Assembly: GCA_044372715.1 (NCBI GenBank)
Contig: JBILRH010000001.1
Location: 850-64,849 of the forward strand
Direction: 5' to 3'
DNA from: Sediminibacterium sp.
GTDB taxonomy: Bacteria; Bacteroidota; Bacteroidia; Chitinophagales; Chitinophagaceae
Length of the DNA stretch: 64,000 bases
The translations under genes and the position numbers were made by a program. The notes beneath the pieces were generated by a model. It was not told the origin of the DNA. It did no database searches and saw nothing but the letters and a program-made list of their open reading frames with translations. Positions 28,960-38,045 of the stretch are shown here, piece by piece; positions within the stretch are counted from its first letter, which is position 1; every line of letters starts with the position of its first letter.

Positions 28960-31900
28960 CTATTGTATTATCCTGAAATTTGAAAAAATACCATAAGCTT
29001 CAGCAGGTCCATAAGTAGATTGATATAATCCTACTTGAACCGATTTGCCATCCAGATCATTTCTCAATACAGGACTACCAGGCAAATCCATCCAATTAAT
29101 GCCGTCATTACTTGTTCTAGCAAAGAAAAGATTACCATCGCGTTGAATCTGCAAATACTTATTAAAGTTCCAAGATGATTGAATATTGTTTTGTTCTCTT
29201 CTTCCATTTTGAAAATTAGTAAATAAATTTCCAACATTCCATGCCGGGAAAATTGAATTCTGCAATAACTGTTGTTGTGGTCTTCTTCCTGTAACTGATG
29301 TGTCTAGAGGTATACGAGCCATTAGTCCAACTTCATTATTACCAGCAACTTTTTTTGCAGCTAACCCACTTACATCCGTTACTATAACCTCAGCTACAAA
29401 ATTGCCCTTTACTTCTTTGTACAAAAATGGGCCATAAGGTGAATTACCATCCCAATTAGTAGCTTGTGATATTAGTTTGAGTTGATTATTACCAGCTTCA
29501 ATAGATTTTGCAGATTGTTTTTCACCTTTACCCATTAGACCATTCCATATAGTTCCTTTTACATCATCTACCAGATAATTTCTATTAACAGAAAAATCAT
29601 CTTTCTGTATAACAAAGTTTGTATTATTGGTTGTTACTGTAATTGGCGCTGAAGACTCAGTTACATTGCCAAAATGATCTTTGATCTTAAAAATATATTG
29701 ATACTGTTTATCTGCTACTACACTATAATCTACATAAGCTGGATTGTCTACCCAGTGGCCATTTGAAGCGTTATCAAGTCTACTAAAATAATAACTGAGA
29801 TTACCAGTAGCAGATCCTCGATCGGCTTCCATACTAACTATATTTGGCGAAACAGCTTTAGGGTTTCGTTTAAATGCTAGGACTCCTGTAATTGGTACTT
29901 TTAAATTTTCTTTCCATACACCTGTTAATGCTTTGATCTCTTCATCTTTTAAACTGTGTTTGAAAACTACTAAATGACTGATGGCACCTACAAAACCATT
30001 TTCTTGACCAAGCAAATCTTTTCCTATGTTAAATCGATCAGCAATTGAATTTTTATCTGCATCAATGGATTGTTTCAATTCCCCATCGATATAGGTTTTG
30101 ATGAATTTACCGTCGAATGTTTTAATGATCAACTGCCATTTATTTTCCGTTAGATTTTTATCGGATAGTATTTTGGTATTTCCCCCTGTTGACCAGTTCA
30201 ATAATGTGCCTCCTATTTCTCCCTGAGGTTTATATACACTTACTGCAACACTGTAATTCCCATTTTGGCTTATTTTCTCCGGCATCAAGGAATCTAGTGT
30301 CAACAGTTCTTTTCCACTAAATGAAACAGCTATTTTACCTGCAATATCTTTTACAGTTGGTGCAGCAGTTTTTGAAGCAAAAGATCCGCCAGCAGTACCT
30401 TCATTGGCCCAATTATTTAAGCTGCCATATCTGAGTTTGGCTGCATTTAAGTAAACGGCTATTGATGACTCGCCTGGATTATCATATAAATTTTTTACTT
30501 CCTTTTCAGTTAATGAACGATCATATACTTTTAAAGAGGCAATGGCTCCATTTAGTAAAGGTTGTCTGGTATTTTTAGCACCCAATACAAATGTCTTAGC
30601 TGTTTTTACAAAAAGCATTTTATTCTCTTGATTGTTGGGCTTTCCGTCTAAAAAAAGTTTTTCGAATTTACCATCAAATGTTACTACTACATGTTGCCAT
30701 TTACCTGCTTCGGGTAATGCTCTTCTATTAAATTGCAGATCCGAAAATCCGTTATGTTGCACTGCTCCAAAAGCCTGTTGTTTTCCAAAACCAACAATTG
30801 TATTGTTATGATTGCGTCCACCGAAAGCCCAAGTTATAATTGGAGCTTCGTCTTTTAATTGTTTGGTATAAACCCAAAAAGAAACAGCATAACTACTATT
30901 ACCTGCAAGTGAAATCGGTACTTCAAAAGAAGATTCCAATAATTGAGTTCCGTTAAACACCACTGCTTTTTTACCAGCAATTACTTCTACCAATGGAGAT
31001 TTAGCACCAGCTTTGAATGTACCACCCAATATTCCATTGTTTTTCCATTCCATTACTTGTGTGCCAGGTTGAAATGCATTGGCATCCATATCAATCAACA
31101 ACCCTTTCTCTTCATATTTTATTTCTGGCTTTTCTGGTTTGGGTAAATTAGGAACAGCTGCTGGGCGATCTGCCTGTTCGCTATACACTTTAATATTCCA
31201 GATCGCTTTAAACATGCCCGGATTTTCGGTACCAGTAATTGTCATACGTATAAATCTTGCTGTTACATTTCCGTCATCAATCATAGGACTACCATGCACT
31301 TTGTTGGCGGTTTTGTCGGCATACATTTTCCATGCTGTTCCATTAATGGAATACTCAAGTTTGTATTGGTAATACCATGCTGGATATTCAAACTCAGTCA
31401 AAATTCTTTTAACTTTTGTGGGCTTACCCAAATCAATGTTTAACCATGCTGGAGCTGTAGAATTGTTTCCTGGTTTCCACAATGTACCATTGTTGTTATC
31501 TACTGCAAACTCAGGTTTATAATCATTGTTATAAAAAGACGATGCAGTTACTTTTTTTAGGTATGCTTGGTTGATATATGGATTGCTGTCTTTTCCCAAT
31601 AAACCAACACCTGTATGGGTTGGTTCTAATCGCTCTATATTTCCTTCTGCATCAAATACCAATTTATCGATACAAATCTGCCTGTGAAAACCACCTCCCG
31701 AATTGGGATTATTGTGTCTGTGATAAACCAAATAATACTCTTCCCCTATTTGTATTACAGACTGATGACCAGGACCATGAACCGTTTTATCTGCATTGGT
31801 AACAAGTATTGGACTATTTTTTCCATAAGTAAACCCATCCATTGGGCCTGTCTTACTCATTACATATTGAACTCTATATGTTTCATCTTCACAAGCACCA

Positions 31901-32556
31901 GAAGAATAAGTTAGATAATAAATTCCCTTTCTTTTAAACATAAATGGGGCCTCAAAAAAATCTTTAGCGATTGTATTGGGGATCTTTCCTGTTTTAGAAA
32001 AAGTTTTCATATCGTCGTTCATCAATCCAACACCACAACCATGGTCTGGATAAATACCCCATGTTCCCCAATACATATAAAACTTTCCATCATCATCCCT
32101 AAAGGTTTGTCCATCTAGTGTAATAACACCTGGAACAAAATAATTGGGAATCATTGGTTTATTATCAGGCATCAATGGACTCCATGGTCCAACAGGAGTA
32201 GTAGAAGATGCACCAAAAATTTCAACAGGTTGACAGTAATACATATAATATTTACCATCGTTTCCCAATGTTACATCAGGTGCCCAGTAATGATATGTAG
32301 TAGGCCAGTTCATGTCTTGAAATGTCCAGTTTACAAAGTCTTTAGAAGACCATACTTGCGAAGGGCCTAAGCCATCTCCATTGCCATCTGTAGTAGCATA
32401 TATATAATAAGTATCACCAAATTTCTTAATGGTTGGGTCAGCAAAATATCCTGGAATAATCGGATTCATATTTCCTGGAGTAGTAGGCGATTGTTTTTGT
32501 GCATTTAATGCAATCACTGTACAACAGATCAATATGCTTAAAAAACTATGCTTCAT
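28960..32556 (-). CDS. Multimodular GH43 glycosidase + F5/8 (CBM32-like) + LamG-like domains
   Basis: GYFADP, WAPDV, FFEAPF, GPGH beta-propeller motifs; AVDNNNGTLW..WLNIDLG discoidin; WQHVVVTFDG LamG. Confidence 0.87.
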   Translation of the reverse strand: MKHSFLSILICCTVIALNAQKQSPTTPGNMNPIIPGYFADPTIKKFGDTYYIYATTDGNGDGLGPSQVWSSKDFVNWTFQDMNWPTTYHYWAPDVTLGNDGKYYMYYCQPVEIFGASSTTPVGPWSPLMPDNKPMIPNYFVPGVITLDGQTFRDDDGKFYMYWGTWGIYPDHGCGVGLMNDDMKTFSKTGKIPNTIAKDFFEAPFMFKRKGIYYLTYSSGACEDETYRVQYVMSKTGPMDGFTYGKNSPILVTNADKTVHGPGHQSVIQIGEEYYLVYHRHNNPNSGGGFHRQICIDKLVFDAEGNIERLEPTHTGVGLLGKDSNPYINQAYLKKVTASSFYNNDYKPEFAVDNNNGTLWKPGNNSTAPAWLNIDLGKPTKVKRILTEFEYPAWYYQYKLEYSINGTAWKMYADKTANKVHGSPMIDDGNVTARFIRMTITGTENPGMFKAIWNIKVYSEQADRPAAVPNLPKPEKPEIKYEEKGLLIDMDANAFQPGTQVMEWKNNGILGGTFKAGAKSPLVEVIAGKKAVVFNGTQLLESSFEVPISLAGNSSYAVSFWVYTKQLKDEAPIITWAFGGRNHNNTIVGFGKQQAFGAVQHNGFSDLQFNRRALPEAGKWQHVVVTFDGKFEKLFLDGKPNNQENKMLFVKTAKTFVLGAKNTRQPLLNGAIASLKVYDRSLTEKEVKNLYDNPGESSIAVYLNAAKLRYGSLNNWANEGTAGGSFASKTAAPTVKDIAGKIAVSFSGKELLTLDSLMPEKISQNGNYSVAVSVYKPQGEIGGTLLNWSTGGNTKILSDKNLTENKWQLIIKTFDGKFIKTYIDGELKQSIDADKNSIADRFNIGKDLLGQENGFVGAISHLVVFKHSLKDEEIKALTGVWKENLKVPITGVLAFKRNPKAVSPNIVSMEADRGSATGNLSYYFSRLDNASNGHWVDNPAYVDYSVVADKQYQYIFKIKDHFGNVTESSAPITVTTNNTNFVIQKDDFSVNRNYLVDDVKGTIWNGLMGKGEKQSAKSIEAGNNQLKLISQATNWDGNSPYGPFLYKEVKGNFVAEVIVTDVSGLAAKKVAGNNEVGLMARIPLDTSVTGRRPQQQLLQNSIFPAWNVGNLFTNFQNGRREQNNIQSSWNFNKYLQIQRDGNLFFARTSNDGINWMDLPGSPVLRNDLDGKSVQVGLYQSTYGPAEAYGIFSNFRIIQ

Positions 32557-32577
32557 AATTAATAATTGTTTTTTGAT

Positions 32578-35076
32578 TTAATGAATTTCAACTTCGTATA
32601 ATCCACTGAATGATTTTGCATTTAAATGTTCAAATGTTATTCTAATTTTATCTGTTTGTACAGCATCAAATGAACAAAGATTCAGATCAGCAATAGGTGT
32701 TTGTGGTAGCTTTTTTATCGATGTTATTTCCTTCCATTCGTTTCCGTTCCAATATTCAACTTTATAGGATTTGGGAGGTTTTACTCCGCCATTATCATTG
32801 TATACATAAAGATAAATTTTACTAACTGTTTTTATCTCTTTAAACGAAAACTGAACCCAGTCGCTTGTGTTGGGTGAATTGAATGCTGTCCAACGTCTAT
32901 TAGGATCCAATAACCCATTATTGATTGCAGTTGAATCATCGAATCTTGATTGATAAGATTTAGTGAAAGTAGCTACTGAACGATGTGCTAAATTGGTGGC
33001 AGTAGTTGGATTGGCAGGTAACTTGTATTCTGCAACTGGCTGTCCCCATGCTTCTATCTCAGAAATTGCAATAGGTGTTTTTTCTTGCGTTGTAACCAAC
33101 ACTTTAATTTTATTGGTACTGATTACAGGAAAGGAAATACTATTACCAGCATTGGCTTGTGGTACCGAATAGGATTTTGTTTGCTCAGGAATTTCCTTCC
33201 ATGTTCCATTATTCCAATATTGTACCTCATAAGTTTCAGGCATTTTAATACCTACTTTTAAATCCTCAACAAAATAAACCTGAATATTTTGTATAGAACG
33301 ATCTGTTCCAAAATCAACTTCTGCCCAATGCTGCTTTTCTTCATTCAATAAAGTAGACCATCTATTAGGTGTTGTACTTAAATACCAATATTGACCATCG
33401 TTCAATTTAGATGAAAAAGAAGCGCCTGTTCCAGCAAATGAAGTATTGATATGCGGATAATAATTTCTTGCTTCATTGTTTACTGCATAATTCCACAACC
33501 TTAATGGCTCATTAACTACTCGAGGCTTAAGTGGTGCAGCTAATTTTTTTAGAACTGGCGAAGAAGCAATTTTTTTGCCGTTCGAAAAAATCATCAATCC
33601 CTTTCCTTTATTGTATTTTTTTCCTGTTCTATCCCAAATGATGGTAATATCATTTCCATGATATTTTACATTATCCAAACATGCAAAATCCCAATCATTT
33701 GGTATTAAAGGATTTACTTCAATTGAATCTGTATTTTTTGATTCTAATCCCATTAAACCTGAAATAACCAAATCAACATAAGACGAGTGGAAATAATGTT
33801 CGCTATGTCCTATATAATCGTGCCCATCCCATGATCCAGTTTCTGGATGATTTGCTTCACCAATAAAAGGCAGTCCATTTTTTAAATGTGTATTGGCGAA
33901 ATTTTTTAATAACTTGAAGTAATCAGCTTTATTAACCTCTTCTTGATTGTAATTGCGCAACAAGTTGGCCATCCCTTTTAATGTTTGAGAAGTAGCGAAA
34001 GGCCAAGCATTTCCGCTCCAAGCGCAACAATTACGGGCTACATTGTATAAAGGGTCTCTCTTCTCAACAGTTGTTGGTCCGAAAGGAGAATAGAAATAAT
34101 TAGAATCCATTAAAAATTTCCATGCAGATTCATATCCTTTATCTGGCAAATTAAAATACCATGGTATAAAACCAATTTGTTCTCTTCCATGAGGATTACC
34201 TGCAAATTTTCCAGTTTGATAAGTAAGGGTATTGGCTTTAATTCCATCTCTTTCATCTTGTGCAAAACGATGAAAGAAAAAATTACGTGTAGAGTCCCAG
34301 TTCTTATTTTGAAAATTGTACTTAATTACAGAAGCCTTTTTATCATAAATGGCTGCTGTAGTAAGATCTCCAGTAAGTTTTGAAATATTACTGATTGCGT
34401 TTGCATCTGCCCACATATAACTGTTTAACGTTGGTCTATATCCAGGTGCACCTTCAAACCATTTTGGTGTTTGTCTGCTATTAATATTGGTTTCCATTCC
34501 ATCATGCATACCATCCCATACAAACATCCCTTCAGCTTCTGCCCAACGTTCTTTTTCCCATCCACTATAATTTTTTATCAATTCATTTTTTAAGGAAGAA
34601 ACCAAAGATTTATTGTATTGTACTTTGTAACCATTCCAAATAGCATCTCCAATCCAAGTAGAATAGTTTCTTGGTTGAGCACCTGGTGTTTTAAACCAAT
34701 ACTGAGCATAGTCTTCCCAATAGCGAGTATCTCTTAACCATTGCGCCTCATTTAATTGATGTCCAGCTGCGCAGCTAATGGCACCATACTTTCCAGCCCA
34801 CCAGGGTCTATCAATAAACTCTGTAAAAGCATAACCAGAAATGGGAGAGCCATATACTAAGTGAATGGTAAGATTATCCCAACGATAATAATAGGTTCGA
34901 TCAATATCCTTATCAGGGGTTTCTAAAAATGGAATATTGTTTTTATACCATGCCCAATCTTTGTTGTTCCATGTGTGCTTATCTAGCAATTGCTGTTTAT
35001 CCAATATTTGAGCGTATGACAACAAAGAAGCCAACGCTCCAAATAAAACTAAAATGAATTTCTTTTTTGATAACAT
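32578..35076 (-). CDS. (alpha/alpha)6 glycosidase, GH142-like beta-L-arabinofuranosidase (MGH1-like) + 2 F5/8 domains
   Basis: NIPFLETPD..YYYRW, FTEF, ISCAAGH..EAQWLRD, DGME, RPTLNSYM, CAWSGNAWPFATSQTL, YFHSSY resemble my recollection of the BT1020 GH142 module. Confidence 0.7.
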   Translation of the reverse strand: MLSKKKFILVLFGALASLLSYAQILDKQQLLDKHTWNNKDWAWYKNNIPFLETPDKDIDRTYYYRWDNLTIHLVYGSPISGYAFTEFIDRPWWAGKYGAISCAAGHQLNEAQWLRDTRYWEDYAQYWFKTPGAQPRNYSTWIGDAIWNGYKVQYNKSLVSSLKNELIKNYSGWEKERWAEAEGMFVWDGMHDGMETNINSRQTPKWFEGAPGYRPTLNSYMWADANAISNISKLTGDLTTAAIYDKKASVIKYNFQNKNWDSTRNFFFHRFAQDERDGIKANTLTYQTGKFAGNPHGREQIGFIPWYFNLPDKGYESAWKFLMDSNYFYSPFGPTTVEKRDPLYNVARNCCAWSGNAWPFATSQTLKGMANLLRNYNQEEVNKADYFKLLKNFANTHLKNGLPFIGEANHPETGSWDGHDYIGHSEHYFHSSYVDLVISGLMGLESKNTDSIEVNPLIPNDWDFACLDNVKYHGNDITIIWDRTGKKYNKGKGLMIFSNGKKIASSPVLKKLAAPLKPRVVNEPLRLWNYAVNNEARNYYPHINTSFAGTGASFSSKLNDGQYWYLSTTPNRWSTLLNEEKQHWAEVDFGTDRSIQNIQVYFVEDLKVGIKMPETYEVQYWNNGTWKEIPEQTKSYSVPQANAGNSISFPVISTNKIKVLVTTQEKTPIAISEIEAWGQPVAEYKLPANPTTATNLAHRSVATFTKSYQSRFDDSTAINNGLLDPNRRWTAFNSPNTSDWVQFSFKEIKTVSKIYLYVYNDNGGVKPPKSYKVEYWNGNEWKEITSIKKLPQTPIADLNLCSFDAVQTDKIRITFEHLNAKSFSGLYEVEIH

Positions 35077-35160
35077 AAACTAAATTAAACTGTTGTGAAA
35101 ATTTGTACTTCTATTTTTATAATTAATATTTAATAAATTAATGATTTTGGAATTAACATA

Positions 35161-37986
35161 TTAATGATCAATTCTTTTTAATTGAATAACAGTACTATTT
35201 GCTACCGTTAAGGAAATATTGAGAGAATCATTTTCTCCACTCAACATTATTTTCTTTATAGGTTTTCCAATAGTCTTCAACTCATACGCTCCTTTCAAAC
35301 CATTTAACATAAGTGGCAGTGTATGAGCATCTGATGTTCTATTCTCAATTGTAAATTGTAAACTTTTTCCCGTTGGATCAATCAACACTGCTTCATTCAA
35401 TTTAAAACCATCTCTCAATAATTCAATATCTATTTTATAATCACCATTGCGATAGTTTATTTTTTTACGAAGCCCATCTTTTGGTATAATATACAACAAG
35501 TTGTTCTTTTTGGTAAGCTCTCCACCATAAGCTACCATTCCAAAAATAGGATCGTTGGTTACAACAGTTGAAGCTGTTCTTGTTGCTCCACCAAAGCCAA
35601 GATCAATTTCTCCATCATAAACCCAAGGGCCGCGTCCTTGAGGTTTCTGTATCCAGGGTGTTGCATGTTTCTGTGGTTCAAAAGCCCACCCAGAAGCTCC
35701 ATCATTTTCTTTACCAGGATACCAAAATCCATAATTAGTTTCAGGAGTGCCCGAGTTGATAAGCGCAAATGAACTTAAATAAGATTGATAACCAAGTCTA
35801 ATATAATCTGCTGGATCTTTACTAAAATTTAATCCATAATCGAGTATCGACCATCCACCCATTTGCGACATATAACTGAGCGTATAACTATCGCTTTTAC
35901 CCCTAAAATCGCTTCCCAAGTAATAATAAGCAGGCTCAATTGCTCCCCTTAAAGCAATATTGGCCATAATTTGTCTATCCATAAAATCTACAGCATCCTC
36001 TTTTTTTATACTAGGGTGAGAATACCATTTACTTAAGTTTTTATCGAACCACAAATTTTGATCGGGCTTCATTTCATTTTGCACAGCGTACTTTGCAAGT
36101 GCATGGCTAGATTCAAAAGCAGTAGCGTCTATTGCATATTCCGACCTAAATGGATATTTATCATCGTATAAAAAATACTTTACTTTTTTCTCCCACTCAT
36201 TGGTAAGAAAAATAGCATCTGAATTAAAGCCCTCATTTTTTAAATCTTTAATTAAATCTAGAATGAGTAATTCATTATAACAGCCCCATTTATAGGTTTC
36301 GTACCATGGAAGTATTTCATAAGGATATTTAAAGTAAGCAATAGCCGTTTGTTTAGCTCTTTCTAAGTACCCCGCTTTATCTAAATAATGCGTCATCTTT
36401 GGATACATTTTCGCAATCTGGTACATGTGATAATACATCATCATTATATGCGGATAATCGTAAGAGCGCCATACATGCATTTTATTGCAATTGGTATCCC
36501 TTGTATTTGATTGCCTTGTAGCATTATCACGATTTATCTTCCAGTTTGGTGTGCCATATACGCCATAAGCATAAGGGGTTTCTTGATCGTTGCGCTGAAG
36601 TCCACCCCATACAAAATTTTTGATATAATATTCAATGGCATCTATCTCTTTTTGATTTGGGTAGGCCACATTTTTTGCTGCAACAAATGGTGCTTTACAC
36701 AATCCAGGATCATCGCAGGTTAATACATAACTTAATCTGCTTGTATCAAAAAAATCTGCATTATCAGGCCCTCGTAGTTGAGCGTTTTTCATATCATATA
36801 CGCCAAACAAACCATTGTACCATTTATTGGGTTCGATATGTTGTTGACTATTAACAATAAATGCAGCTCGCTTTTTGTATAAAGTTTCTAAAGGTTCTGT
36901 TACAAAAAACTCCAAATAGGTTTTATAATTATTACCATAAGTAACTGTAATCTTGTTTTCACCTAAATGGGTGAACTTGATTTTGTACAAGTATGTGCCT
37001 TTTTGCTTTTCTCCAATATACTTTATTTCAGTTGCAGTACTAAATTCGGCATTTAAAGTGGTTATTTTTTGTTTAGTACGCAAAGCAATAGTAGCTTCTA
37101 GGTCGTTAGGAATGGTCATACCTGGCATCACCTGAACATCAATCAATCCCTCTTCTACAAGAATATTACGTATGCCATTATAATCATTAGCCCATCTAAA
37201 TTTAAAACCATAAGATTTAGCACTATTGGGTGCAATGGTGGCAGAGGAATGCGGCTGACGCCAATTTCCACGATTTTCTTTATTACCTGTTAGATCAGAA
37301 TGTATATAAAGATTGAATATGCCTCGTTCTGATTGTATCGAGGAATTAGTTGAGAAATATTCCAAGGAAGTACCTTGCAGTGGAACCATTACAAGGTATG
37401 GTCCTAATCCCGTAGGACGTTGCCAAAAAAGAAAAGAATTATTACCCGAAATAAAATGATGTTTTACGACACGTTGTTCAAATATTTCTATAGGATTTTC
37501 TCCTCCCCCATTATTGTATAACAATGGAATAGCAAGATCCTCTATACGGATTGTTCCATTGGAAGTATTATTTAAAACAATATTCCATATAAGTGCATCT
37601 TGCTCTAAAGCAAAAGATTGTGTTAACTGTAATGCTTTGTTGTTATTTACCTCAGGAGCCCAAGTGTTTACTATAGTACCATTTTCTAATGTATTGGTTG
37701 TACAGCTATTAGATGCTCTAACCGAATCGAGCTTTCTTCCATTTACATAACGAATAGTAATATCTCCAAATAACCTACCTTTTTTTATATAATTGGTTGC
37801 ATGAACATCATTGGTTTTATAAAGTTCAGCAATACCATATTTATCTGATTTAAAAGTAAATGCAGCATTGGTTAATTGCTTTGGTGCATTTGATTGAGCA
37901 ATAACTTCAATTGGTTTATTGCTTATAAAATAAAAAAGTATACAAATTTTTGGTAGCTGATTTATATACTTTTTTAAGTGTTGCAT
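35161..37986 (-). CDS. DUF5695-like secreted protein (putative glycosidase)
   Basis: WRSYDYPH, EYAIDATAFES, YMSQMGGW, DGEIDLGF; 941 aa; family assigned from memory. Confidence 0.65.
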   Translation of the reverse strand: MQHLKKYINQLPKICILFYFISNKPIEVIAQSNAPKQLTNAAFTFKSDKYGIAELYKTNDVHATNYIKKGRLFGDITIRYVNGRKLDSVRASNSCTTNTLENGTIVNTWAPEVNNNKALQLTQSFALEQDALIWNIVLNNTSNGTIRIEDLAIPLLYNNGGGENPIEIFEQRVVKHHFISGNNSFLFWQRPTGLGPYLVMVPLQGTSLEYFSTNSSIQSERGIFNLYIHSDLTGNKENRGNWRQPHSSATIAPNSAKSYGFKFRWANDYNGIRNILVEEGLIDVQVMPGMTIPNDLEATIALRTKQKITTLNAEFSTATEIKYIGEKQKGTYLYKIKFTHLGENKITVTYGNNYKTYLEFFVTEPLETLYKKRAAFIVNSQQHIEPNKWYNGLFGVYDMKNAQLRGPDNADFFDTSRLSYVLTCDDPGLCKAPFVAAKNVAYPNQKEIDAIEYYIKNFVWGGLQRNDQETPYAYGVYGTPNWKINRDNATRQSNTRDTNCNKMHVWRSYDYPHIMMMYYHMYQIAKMYPKMTHYLDKAGYLERAKQTAIAYFKYPYEILPWYETYKWGCYNELLILDLIKDLKNEGFNSDAIFLTNEWEKKVKYFLYDDKYPFRSEYAIDATAFESSHALAKYAVQNEMKPDQNLWFDKNLSKWYSHPSIKKEDAVDFMDRQIMANIALRGAIEPAYYYLGSDFRGKSDSYTLSYMSQMGGWSILDYGLNFSKDPADYIRLGYQSYLSSFALINSGTPETNYGFWYPGKENDGASGWAFEPQKHATPWIQKPQGRGPWVYDGEIDLGFGGATRTASTVVTNDPIFGMVAYGGELTKKNNLLYIIPKDGLRKKINYRNGDYKIDIELLRDGFKLNEAVLIDPTGKSLQFTIENRTSDAHTLPLMLNGLKGAYELKTIGKPIKKIMLSGENDSLNISLTVANSTVIQLKRIDH

Positions 37987-38045
37987 TTATTAATATGTAT
38001 CAAGTATTCCGATATTTTAAAATCTAATTCTATAAACAGTACTAA

